Positions 19,332 through 28,815 of a stretch of DNA of 64,000 nucleotides are shown here, piece by piece; positions within the stretch are counted from its first letter, which is position 1, and the number at the start of each line of letters is the position of its first letter. The position numbers and the translations under genes are program-made. This DNA is from Nitrosopumilus sp. (GTDB taxonomy: Archaea > Thermoproteota > Nitrososphaeria > Nitrososphaerales > Nitrosopumilaceae), in NCBI GenBank assembly GCA_965218785.1, contig OZ244650.1, forward strand, positions 1,504,001 through 1,568,000, in the 5' to 3' direction. The notes below the pieces were generated by a model. It was given only the letters and a program-made list of their open reading frames with translations, ran no database searches and was not told the origin of the DNA.

Positions 19332-19603
19332 TGCCATCCCTGATCCATCACCTTACAATCGATCTTAATGCCTTTTGATTACACCACGCTACAGCATCAG
19401 CCAATTCAGACACCCTTCCATTGTGTGTATTTTTTATATTTCAGTTTTTTATGGTATTTTTCATATCATCATCGATTTGGAGGATGTCACAAAAGAGAGC
19501 TGCTAGGTCCTCGGTGTTTGCGACAAACTATGTCTGTAAGATATCTGCTTTTGCAATGAGGATATTTTATCGTATAATGTTAATAGAATTATGATCATTT
19601 GAT

Positions 19604-20065
19604 TTAACAATTTGTTTTCATATACTCTTCGAATGGAACAACACTACGATTATCCTCATTTATTGCAAAATGAACCATTCTGGAATAACTCAAAGCACAC
19701 AAATCATTTTCCGGCAAATCAACACATCTTTCATCAGCATACTGGTAGAAATCATATATGGTTGTACCATACTTTAACTGAGCCATATCCAGATAATCTA
19801 CATATAATCTCATACATTCGTTAATCGTAGTCGGCCTTACTATGGGACAAATTGAATGACCAAGCTCTCCACCACATAACCACGTACAACCAAATTTTGT
19901 ATTTTTAGTAATATGTTGGCAACCTAATGAACATCCGTTGCGATCAGTTACTGCATTGACTCTGCAATCAAACGGAGCTTTGATGTCTGCTGATCCAAAA
20001 ATCTGATTAGACAAAATAAAACTCACGCTGATTACTATTATTATAATAACAATTTTGTATCGCAA
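19604..20065 (-). CDS. Cys-rich secreted hypothetical protein
   Basis: signal peptide MRYKIVIIIIVISVSFIL; about ten Cys residues. Confidence 0.7.
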   Translation of the reverse strand: MRYKIVIIIIVISVSFILSNQIFGSADIKAPFDCRVNAVTDRNGCSLGCQHITKNTKFGCTWLCGGELGHSICPIVRPTTINECMRLYVDYLDMAQLKYGTTIYDFYQYADERCVDLPENDLCALSYSRMVHFAINEDNRSVVPFEEYMKTNC

Positions 20066-20629
20066 ATTGATTTATTTCTCATTTGAATATTAAAAAAATG
20101 ACTACATTATAATTTTTAAGTCGAATATCAATTATATGCATATCTGTGGGGATGTAATAAAATAAAAAAAGAGGGTTGGGAAAATCTGTCAGTTATACAC
20201 TACGTGTGATTCACCGTTCCAGATCTTCCAACCTTGGATTTTTGCCTTGTCTCCGATTATGAATACATGGCAGCGACGACATGCCTTGATTGGATGTTCT
20301 GCTCTCTTGTTTTATTCAATCAGATTATGATGTTTGGAGTGTTGAGAGGTGTCACCATGGTCAAAGCACACTGCTTTGGATTCTCGTATCTGCTGGAACC
20401 AGACTAAATCCAGGCATATCTTTTCAGATATCACATCTAGAAACATCCGGAGGTGTTTGGTGTAATGCTTTTGGTTTCAGCGTTTTTTATGCCATCAGGG
20501 AATTTCTGATGGTGACTATCTTCAGATACTTTTTTGGATCTATCTTTAAGATTCATGTTTTATTGGTTGAATCAAATTTAAGCATCAATGGTGTGCAAAG
20601 AAGATTGGAATCTAAGATGCTCCCATCAG

Positions 20630-21151
20630 TCAGCTAGATTCAGGCGTAGATTTCTTATCTGTAGGCACGTGAGGTAACGACTTGCCTTCTATCCAATCCA
20701 GAAAACGTCTTCGTGCTAATGCGGAGCCTTTCTTCAAATCTTTTTGAAATTCCTCGAATTGGTCAGCATAAACTATCTTGTTTCCTTTTTGTCTATCCGT
20801 AATGTGATCTAGGCCTTCATGATTTTCAGGCGAGTCTGTGACCTTGTCAAAATATACTCTTACTGTTTTCTTTTTGCTCGTGTTGCACTGCTTTCTGAGC
20901 AGTCTAAGATTAAAACCGTCAGACCACTTTGAAAAAAAGAAATTCTTTTTCGGATTATCCAGTCTCTTTTTTGTGCTTACCTCAATTATGAAAAGATAGT
21001 CTTTGTATTCGAAAAGAGAATCAATCTCCCCGACCTCTTTATTTCCTTTTAAAATAATCTTTTCGGAACAATTCTTTTTAAAACCAAGATCAGTTAGAAA
21101 CTTTTCAACTTCTTCCTCATGGTGTTTCGTTTTAGGATTTACATTAGTCAA
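20630..21151 (-). CDS. PD-(D/E)XK / NERD-like nuclease-fold protein (probable TTG start 21151)
   Basis: HHEEEVEKFLTDLGF ... GEIDSLFEYKDYLFIIEVSTK. Confidence 0.65.
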   Translation of the reverse strand: MTNVNPKTKHHEEEVEKFLTDLGFKKNCSEKIILKGNKEVGEIDSLFEYKDYLFIIEVSTKKRLDNPKKNFFFSKWSDGFNLRLLRKQCNTSKKKTVRVYFDKVTDSPENHEGLDHITDRQKGNKIVYADQFEEFQKDLKKGSALARRRFLDWIEGKSLPHVPTDKKSTPESS

Positions 21152-21167
21152 GATCGTGGAACCTTTT

Positions 21168-22070
21168 TCAGCCATCCAAAACGCATGAATTTGTTGTAGT
21201 ATCAAAGACGGTTCCCTTTCCGCATTTTGAATTGGGTTGTCCAGAAGACGAAGAGTCGCCGGTATCTAGAACGCATGAATTCGTTGTAGTATCAAAGACG
21301 GTTCCCTTTCCGCATTTTGAATTGGGTTGTCCAGAAGACGAAGAGTCGCCGGTATCTAGAACGCATGAATTCGTTGTAGTATCAAAGACGGTTCCTTTTC
21401 CGCATTTTGAATTGGGTTGTCCAGAAGACGGGGCGCTGCCGGTATCTAGAACACATGAATTCGTTGTAGTATCAAAGACGGTTCCTTTTCCGCATTTTGA
21501 ATTGGGTTGTCCAGAAGACGGGGCGCTGCCGGTGTTTTTGATAGCGGTATCAGTTTTAGCATCAGGTACTTTGGAATCATCAGACCCTGCTCTCGGTAAA
21601 GTATTATCAAAATATACCAGGCTATAACCTGCACCAAGAATAATCAAAATCAATACGGGAATTCCCACAAAGACCGAAATTTTCCATCTAATAGTTTTTT
21701 TCGGGTTTTTTAAACGAACGGATGGTGCAGGTACTTCTACAGGTTGGGATTCTGTGCCGACCTCAAATAATGAAGTGCCACAAACCATGCAAAAATTCGC
21801 ATCTAGTGGGCCCTGTTTTCCACATTTCCAACAATGAATCATTTCTTTATCATCAGGATTGTTTTTTGAATCTTCATCGGTTTCTGTTGTTTCATCAAAA
21901 GTATGTTTGGCTAGATATTTTTCTTTCATTTGTAGCAGGTAATTCTTGTCAGTTATCCAGATGGTTTTGTTTTGAATGTAGGCCTGTTTGATATGTTCTA
22001 ATCGGTATGAATCACCCACGCCAAGTTTGAGCAGGGTATTTACGTCATCTACAATATCTGTCGAATCCAC
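21168..22070 (-). CDS. zinc-ribbon membrane protein with four C-terminal Cys-motif repeats
   Basis: CWKCG...NFCMVCG ribbon, TM helix, 4x CGKGTVFDTTTNSCVLD. Confidence 0.88.
   Translation of the reverse strand: MDSTDIVDDVNTLLKLGVGDSYRLEHIKQAYIQNKTIWITDKNYLLQMKEKYLAKHTFDETTETDEDSKNNPDDKEMIHCWKCGKQGPLDANFCMVCGTSLFEVGTESQPVEVPAPSVRLKNPKKTIRWKISVFVGIPVLILIILGAGYSLVYFDNTLPRAGSDDSKVPDAKTDTAIKNTGSAPSSGQPNSKCGKGTVFDTTTNSCVLDTGSAPSSGQPNSKCGKGTVFDTTTNSCVLDTGDSSSSGQPNSKCGKGTVFDTTTNSCVLDTGDSSSSGQPNSKCGKGTVFDTTTNSCVLDG
21174..21533 (-). repeat. 4 x 90-bp coding tandem repeat (A-A-B-B pattern)
   Basis: ccagaagacg anchor at 21241, 21331, 21421 and 21511. Confidence 0.97.
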
Positions 22071-22598
22071 AATAGCACCATTACAGGCTTATTCAAAATT
22101 GTTTCTTTTTAATATATAAAAAACAGGTATGAAATCATCCCTCCTCGTAGGAGTCGATTCTTTCATATCTGTCTGATTTGCAGAGACGCTGTATTTTTTT
22201 GATTTTACGATGACGATAAAGTCAAAAAATCATATCCTTTATTCTCATGATGAATTCGTTGCTTTCGAATCTTCAGGATTCGCCATCTTTTCTAATATCT
22301 GTGAAACACAAGAAATACTGCCTTGTAGATTCCCGCCATAACTCCGTTTTTGAAAAATGTGTTGATGAATATGCCATATGACTGATCATCTATTCCATCC
22401 GCGACCCCATCACATGGTTTGTAGATTTTGTAATGGTCTTGGATTGGCGTAAAATACATATCTAATTTACAGAGATGGTTTGAAAAAGATCCGGGCATAT
22501 ACTCTGCCTTGCACGTATCACAGTCGGATGTATGATTCCTCATAGTTGTAACACCAAAAGATACAACACAAGTATAAAATCGTTCTAGTTTACTGACT

Positions 22599-22955
22599 TT
22601 AGGTCTGATCAAAGTTTCGGTTCCACTGTTTTGACCATCTTCGAATAAGATATACTGCAACTGCATATGTTACTGCCATCTGTATGAGAATACCAAATAC
22701 GGCATCCGCAGAATCATACTCCGGGAATACATGCGTCATGTCCGTCTCCAAGTCTTTCAAAGAAAATTCCTCGTCGGACATGCCAAGTATCGGATATATT
22801 GCGTTTAATGCAATGCTTGTGACAATACCTACTCCAAATATAAGCAGCAAGTACCATCGCAGCTTCTTTACGTGGTATGCAGCATACATGTCCCCGATTG
22901 GAACAAAGCAGTATAATGTCTGACGCAGTACGCTGACAGAACCGTTTGCAGGCAT
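22599..22955 (-). CDS. membrane hypothetical protein
   Basis: hydrophobic helices; ends YLIRRWSKQWN. Confidence 0.75.
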   Translation of the reverse strand: MPANGSVSVLRQTLYCFVPIGDMYAAYHVKKLRWYLLLIFGVGIVTSIALNAIYPILGMSDEEFSLKDLETDMTHVFPEYDSADAVFGILIQMAVTYAVAVYLIRRWSKQWNRNFDQT

Positions 22956-23490
22956 GAATCAATCAAACGTTCATAGCTATTTAGGATTACCGTTGATAAA
23001 GTCATGCTGCCAGAATGACATAATCTGTTTTATAATCTTTGTATCTTAACTTTCCTCACGAGTCTGCAATGTTGTGTTGTACTGATTCTTGAGGGATGGA
23101 TGGTCAAATTTTCCATCAGGATATGGTTATCAGCATCACAGTCAATGGTCGTTGTTTTAGGCCTATCTGATTTTGATATCCCAAGTACAACGCTGCCTGC
23201 TGCCCTTCTGTGGTCTTTTCTATCAGACAGACAAGACCGCTGTCTGATCTTTCCACCGGTGCGTGGATCGCCTTTTGCTTGTCTGGTGTGTTTTAGCAGA
23301 TGTAGGTACTGCCATGGTACCAAGCGCGAGGAGTGTACCCACCATCCCAAAAAATATGACATGGTTTTGCATTATCACTGCAGTCAGGTATCTGTTATTT
23401 ATTTAACAAATGCCATGACCAAGTCCGCCACAAGGGAGTTGATAAAGTCCTCATAGACGGATTAAAATTGGACTGGGTTGGAGTGAATCT

Positions 23491-23622
23491 ATGAAAGCCA
23501 AATTTAATGGAAAATGCGTTGAATGCGGGGAAGCAATCAAGGCAGGCAAAGAGATTCTAAAAAACTCTGATGAAAAATGGGTACACAAAGCATGCTGTGA
23601 TCTGGAAGAAGAACTGCCATAA
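23491..23622 (+). CDS. small Zn-finger protein (43 aa, absent from ORF track)
   Basis: MKAKFNGKCVECGEAIKAGKEILKNSDEKWVHKACCDLEEELP; CxxC...HxxC. Confidence 0.8.
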   Translation: MKAKFNGKCVECGEAIKAGKEILKNSDEKWVHKACCDLEEELP

Positions 23623-23683
23623 TACAGATAAACTTGAATAAATTAATAGCAACTTTTTTAAAGTAATTGAAAAAAGTGATACC

Positions 23684-24115
23684 ATGATGAATGGAAGATC
23701 AGGCATTATTTTGATGGCATCAGTCATAGCGGTATTTGCCGTAATGATGACTCCGGGAAACATTTCAGCTGAAACAAGCCAGAATATTGTTACGGTAACT
23801 CCAATGAACGAAGAAATTAGCCTGCAGCAGACAATAACCACAATGAGTGTTCCGCAGGATAACAAACTTCCATGGGGCACAGTCAAAGGTTCCGCATCAG
23901 ATTATGTTGAAAGATACCCGGTAATCATCCAGTTTTACAAGGGAGAGGATCCTGTTCACGTTAGTCAGGTAGATGTAAAGGGAGACGGTTCTTATGAATA
24001 CAAATTCAGGGTCAGAAGCCTTGATTCAAACACCGGGGAATTTATAAATATTTTTGAAGGGGATTATATCGTAAAGATCTTTAGAGTAATTCCAAATACA
24101 AACAGCCAGATATAG
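23684..24115 (+). CDS. secreted hypothetical protein (beta-sandwich-like)
   Basis: signal peptide; YPVIIQFYK...DGSYEYKFRV...GDYIVKIF. Confidence 0.8.
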   Translation: MMNGRSGIILMASVIAVFAVMMTPGNISAETSQNIVTVTPMNEEISLQQTITTMSVPQDNKLPWGTVKGSASDYVERYPVIIQFYKGEDPVHVSQVDVKGDGSYEYKFRVRSLDSNTGEFINIFEGDYIVKIFRVIPNTNSQI

Positions 24116-24131
24116 AATCAACAAAGACACC

Positions 24132-24431
24132 ATGTAATACAAGACATGTTTATATGATATTCTTACTTGTTTTAGTAATACTGACTCTAAATATTACACA
24201 GACAGATATTATTATTCCTGAATCATCCAATCTAGCTAAAGACACGGTAGGATCCCATAGAACATATCTAGACAAATTTTACGAATTCTCCAAAATCAAA
24301 GGGAATGGCATCTCTTAAAACTGGGACATTCGTGGGATGAGAACCCTCCCATGTATGACAAGTTGGCTTTTGATGTAATGCACAGAGATTTAACTGAACA
24401 TGACAAAGATGTGATCAGTGGGAAATACTGA
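24132..24431 (+). pseudogene. secreted matrixin/metzincin (M10-like) protease pseudogene with internal deletion
   Basis: 5' part M(N)TRHVYMIFLLVLVILTLNITQ (signal peptide); 3' part in another frame HLLKLGHSWDENPPMY...LTEHDKDVISGKY* (Zn-His, Met-turn, C-terminal helix). Confidence 0.6.
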
Positions 24432-24433
24432 AG

Positions 24434-24972
24434 ATGAATAAAAAAACATATCCGTAATTGCAATCCTATCTGTTGCATCTGCATTGATTCCTATGATAAT
24501 ATTATTTGGAACCCCCTGTACAGAAGTACACATATCAGAAGTATACGCTTCACAAGAAGAAGTTATGGACATATCAACCCTTATTGTCAAGGGCAAAATT
24601 AATGACTCTCGTGTGGAAAAAACACACATTGACGGTCCTGATTCACATGAATGGGTATTTACAATTTGGACTCTTGAACCAAACAAGACATACAAGGGAG
24701 AAGATTTGCAGTACGTTGACTTTAAAACCATAGGTGGATCACCGTGTTATGGAATTAGAACAAGCGGATTTCCACATTTTAACGTAGGTGATGAAGTGTT
24801 GGTAATGCTTGACAGTTCCCCAGATTCCATATATGGAGATGATTATCATCTTGTATCCATATTGAGTGGGGCATATCTCATAACTTACGGAAAGGCAGTA
24901 AATGCGGAAAAAATTGAAATAAACGAGGGCGATTTAGAGATCAAAATTAAGAGTCATTTGGGAATCCAATGA
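24434..24972 (+). pseudogene. TIMP/NTR-like secreted protein, frameshifted in an A7 tract (24440-24446); ORF from TTG 24484 remains open
   Basis: one extra A restores MNKKNISVIAILSVASALIPMIILFGTPC; STLIVKGKI, WTLEPNKTYKG, GGSPCYG, FNVGDEVLVML. Confidence 0.6.
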
Positions 24973-25255
24973 CTGTCCCGACTGAATTTTCTCAAAAAGA
25001 TCAAAGTTGCAGATTCATGACCGCATCAATCCAATCACATGTAGAGAAACCAATCTAAAATAACAAAGCTTCTTGAAAAACATCAGTGACTAGAAAAGAT
25101 CATCATCTTTGAGTTTTTGTAATTTCAGTATAAGGTTTCATCTTTGTGCATATCCAATAATGGTAATTAAGGACCTGCAGATGGTGGTGTCAGTCTAAAT
25201 TTTTAAAATTATTCAGAGAATTCATATACTGAATGAATATATGATGAGCTAGAAA

Positions 25256-25795
25256 ATGACAAAGAACTTTTGGCACGATATCGAGCCAGGAAATGACGTT
25301 CCAGAAATCATTAATGTAATAGTAGAAATCCCAAAAGGTTCCATGAACAAATACGAGTATGATAAAAAACACAATATGATAAAACTAGACAGAGTGTTAT
25401 TTTCACCGTTTCATTATCCAGGAGATTACGGACTTGTACCTCAGACACTATCTGAAGATGGGGACCCACTTGATGCACTAGTACTTGTAACTAATGCAAC
25501 ATATCCGGGAATTCTCATCGAGGCCAGACCCATTGGATTGCTTCAGATGAAAGACGACGGGGAACCAGACGACAAGATTATCTGTGTGTCAACTAATGAT
25601 CCCAGATATCTGCATACGGTAGATATCAAGGATGTAGAAGATCACTATCGTTCTGAGATTGCACATTTTTTTCAGGTTTACAAGGATTTGGAGGGAAAAA
25701 AGGTGGAGATTTTTGGATGGGGTTCAGCAAAGGAAACAAAAACCGTGATTATTGATTCCATAAAGAGATACAAAAATACCCTGAAAAAATATTAA
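25256..25795 (+). CDS. ppa: soluble inorganic pyrophosphatase (family I)
   Basis: EIPKGSMNKYE, YPGDYG, DGDPLD, DDKI, FFQVYKDLE. Confidence 0.97.
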   Translation: MTKNFWHDIEPGNDVPEIINVIVEIPKGSMNKYEYDKKHNMIKLDRVLFSPFHYPGDYGLVPQTLSEDGDPLDALVLVTNATYPGILIEARPIGLLQMKDDGEPDDKIICVSTNDPRYLHTVDIKDVEDHYRSEIAHFFQVYKDLEGKKVEIFGWGSAKETKTVIIDSIKRYKNTLKKY

Positions 25796-25865
25796 TCATG
25801 TCAAAAGAATGAATATTTCCCTCAAAAAAAAGAGTCACTCCAAATACAGGGGGGTTATTTCAAAA

Positions 25866-26846
25866 CTAAATTTTTCTTTTAACCTCAAAAATTGTATAGC
25901 CGTATTTTTGATTCATTGTGTTATCAGAGAGTTGTGTAAGCTCATATCCGGCAAAATCCTTTATGATTTGGTACATGTTATCGCCAATTACAAGGCTGTT
26001 TTCAGGGCAAAGGGAATTGATTTTAAAACACCGGTTGACGGTGGGTCCAAAAATGTCGCCGATATTAGAGGTCGTACTTTGGGCCACTCTTACAGAACCA
26101 TATGTTACACTGATCTTATAGTTTAATTCAGGCATATTTTGCGCCATCAGTTGTTCCCTTAGCTTGTCATGGGATTCAATCATGGACAGACAACAGTCCA
26201 AAATTCCTTTCATCGACGCGCTATCAGAAGAATCAACATTAGAAAATCTAAACATTAATGCATCACCGATATTTTTTACCACTTCGCCACGGTGTTTACG
26301 AACAATTTTTGCCATAAAATTTAGAAAAATCTCATACAGTTTAGTAACATCTTCATCAGACAGGCCAGCTGAAATGATAGTAGAGTCTTTCATGTCGATG
26401 ACTCCCACGCAGTCGTTTTCAACGTGCTCGGAAAACTTTAGTAGGATTTCTTCCTGCTGTTGAATTACTTCGTCTTTCTGTTTGATTGTAATTTGTGCCT
26501 CTTGGAGCTCCTTTACCATGGTATCAAAAGAGGACGAAAGCTGGCCAATCTCATCGCAGGATTGTATGTTGGTTCGAACACTGAAATCACCCTTGGCAAT
26601 TTTGTTAGCAGCATCACTTAGTTTGATTATTGGACCAGAGAGGCGCTTTGAGAGAAAATATGTCAGAATACTTAGTCCGATCATCAATGTAATGCCAAGT
26701 AATACGATATTTTCCTCTAGTTCAAAAAGTGGAATTTTGTCAAAATTCAGAAATAAGACGGTGGTAATGGATATGGAAATTACGGTTGTAGATAACACCA
26801 ATGCCAGTAATTTTTTCTGGAGGCTAAAGAAGATGGAATTGCGCAT
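25866..26846 (-). CDS. membrane HAMP plus class III adenylate/guanylate cyclase
   Basis: two TM helices, HAMP (PIIKLS...DEIGQL), IDMKDST, VKNIGDALM, DIFGPTVN. Confidence 0.9.
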   Translation of the reverse strand: MRNSIFFSLQKKLLALVLSTTVISISITTVLFLNFDKIPLFELEENIVLLGITLMIGLSILTYFLSKRLSGPIIKLSDAANKIAKGDFSVRTNIQSCDEIGQLSSSFDTMVKELQEAQITIKQKDEVIQQQEEILLKFSEHVENDCVGVIDMKDSTIISAGLSDEDVTKLYEIFLNFMAKIVRKHRGEVVKNIGDALMFRFSNVDSSDSASMKGILDCCLSMIESHDKLREQLMAQNMPELNYKISVTYGSVRVAQSTTSNIGDIFGPTVNRCFKINSLCPENSLVIGDNMYQIIKDFAGYELTQLSDNTMNQKYGYTIFEVKRKI

Positions 26847-26874
26847 GTTGATACTTTATAATCTTCTGGCAGAT

Positions 26875-26923
26875 TAAATAATCAATACTAAATACTATAT
26901 ACTAAATAATCAATACTAAATAC
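26875..26923. repeat. 21-bp direct repeat (28-bp period) in a divergent promoter region
   Basis: TAAATAATCAATACTAAATAC at 26875-26895 and 26903-26923. Confidence 0.9.
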
Positions 26924-26964
26924 CATACATCATATATTATAATAGTCATTTCAAGGAAGGACAG

Positions 26965-28737
26965 ATGACAGGATATCAGCTTGGCAGATGGGATCTATCA
27001 GAACTGGCAAAAAATCCAAAGAGCCCTGCATTCCAAAAACAAATTCAGGAATTAGAAAAACAAGCCAAAAAATTCGAAAAGATAAAATCAGAATTAAGCC
27101 CAAAAATATCTTCAAAAAAATTCTCCGGTATTCTCAAAGAAGTAGAGGGCATTTCTGAAAAGATGAGCAGGATTGGAGGATATGCATCACTATCATATTC
27201 CTCAGATACGCAGTCAGATGAGGCCACATCCCTAATGACAAGAATGTCAAAACTGGGCTCTGAAATTTCCAACAAAATACTGTTTTTTGACTTGTGGTGG
27301 AAAACACAGATCGATGAAAAAAATGCAAAAAGACTCATGAAGGATGCAGGAGAGCTCGAGGAATATTTGGCATACAAAAGGCGGTTTGCAAAATATGCGC
27401 TCAGTGAACCTGAGGAGAGAATTATCAATACGTTGGATGTTACAGGCATATCGGCACTTGTGAAACTTTATGACAAAATTACAAATTCCTATGAATACAA
27501 GATGAACATAGGAAACAAATCCAAGATACTGACAAGAGAAGAGCTTACAAATTACGTAAGAAATACAAATCCAAAAATTCGTGAAACAGCCTACAAGACA
27601 ATTCTTACAAAATATGCCAAAAACAAGGGGGTGGTAGGGGAGATTTATCAAAATATCGTTCTTAACTGGAGAAACGAGGGAATTGAAATCAGGGGTTACA
27701 AGTCCCCGATATCGATGAGAAACATTGGAAACGATGTGGATGACAGGACAATAGAATCACTCCTTTCAGTTTGTCAGCAAAATTCTTCCGTATTTCAAAA
27801 ATTCTTTGTTCAAAAAGCAAGGATGTTGAAAATGAAAAAACTAAGAAGGTATGACGTATATGCGCCGGCCACTGCCAACATCAAGGAAAAAAATTACACG
27901 TATTCCAAGTCAGTAAAATTGGTCTTTGAATCATTAGGTAAATTCAGTAAGACACTAGAAGGATTTGCAAGAAAAGTATTCAATGAGAACCACATAGACT
28001 CGTCAGTAAGACAGGGCAAGAGAGACGGGGCATTTTGCAGTACGCTTTCACCTAAAATTACACCATATGTATTGGTAAATTTTACAGGCAAGTCAAGAGA
28101 TGTCTTTACATTGGCTCATGAATTAGGTCATGCAGTACACAGCCAAGCAGCACAAGACAGATCAATTCTTGTGCAGGATGCACCGCTGCCTTTAGCTGAA
28201 ACGGCATCCACTTTTTCAGAGCTGTTATTATATGATAATCTGTCTGACAGGATTTCAGATGATGAAAAGAAAATCATGCTGTCAGAAAAAATTGATGATT
28301 TGTATGCGACAATCCTCAGACAGTCGTTTTTTACAATCTTTGAAGTTGATGCCCACAGTCAAATTGGAAGGGGAACCACGATAGATGAAATTTCAGAGAC
28401 ATATCTGCAAAATCTGAAAAAACAGTTTGGAAATTCAGTTAATGTCTCGGATGATTTTGCAATAGAATGGAGTTGTATTCCTCATTTTTATCATACGCCG
28501 TTTTACTGCTACGCCTACTCGTTTGGAAATCTGCTTGCACTGTCATTGTTTCAAAGATATAAAAAAGAAGGAAGTGATTTTGCCTCATCATACATCAGCA
28601 TACTTGCGGCAGGAGGTTCTAAAAAACCAGAAAAACTTCTTTCAGAATACGGATTTGACATCAGATCTCCGAAATTCTGGAAGGAGGGTTTTGATTATAT
28701 CGATGGGCAAGTCAAGGCATTAGCGGCATTAAACTAG
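26965..28737 (+). CDS. pepF: M3 family oligoendopeptidase F
   Basis: WDLS, GKRDGAFC, TLAHELGHAVH, AETASTFSE, IPHFY-PFYCYAYSFG. Confidence 0.95.
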   Translation: MTGYQLGRWDLSELAKNPKSPAFQKQIQELEKQAKKFEKIKSELSPKISSKKFSGILKEVEGISEKMSRIGGYASLSYSSDTQSDEATSLMTRMSKLGSEISNKILFFDLWWKTQIDEKNAKRLMKDAGELEEYLAYKRRFAKYALSEPEERIINTLDVTGISALVKLYDKITNSYEYKMNIGNKSKILTREELTNYVRNTNPKIRETAYKTILTKYAKNKGVVGEIYQNIVLNWRNEGIEIRGYKSPISMRNIGNDVDDRTIESLLSVCQQNSSVFQKFFVQKARMLKMKKLRRYDVYAPATANIKEKNYTYSKSVKLVFESLGKFSKTLEGFARKVFNENHIDSSVRQGKRDGAFCSTLSPKITPYVLVNFTGKSRDVFTLAHELGHAVHSQAAQDRSILVQDAPLPLAETASTFSELLLYDNLSDRISDDEKKIMLSEKIDDLYATILRQSFFTIFEVDAHSQIGRGTTIDEISETYLQNLKKQFGNSVNVSDDFAIEWSCIPHFYHTPFYCYAYSFGNLLALSLFQRYKKEGSDFASSYISILAAGGSKKPEKLLSEYGFDIRSPKFWKEGFDYIDGQVKALAALN

Positions 28738-28744
28738 TCTAAAT

Positions 28745-28815
28745 AAATGGGGCTGACAGTCCAACGCATGGACTGCCAGCTTGTTCCCCGAACGGTTTGA
28801 ATTCGATGTCAATTT
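28745..28815 (-). ncRNA. candidate structured small RNA
   Basis: 12-bp hairpin GCTGGCAGTCCA/TGGACTGTCAGC (28752-28780) whose mismatch is G-U only on the minus strand; TTTAAA upstream at 28835-28840. Confidence 0.4.

Noticed and set aside
21174-21533. CRISPR array or DGR template/variable repeat pair
   Set aside because: These are in-frame 90-bp coding repeats; the differences are not adenine-specific and there is no reverse transcriptase in the window.
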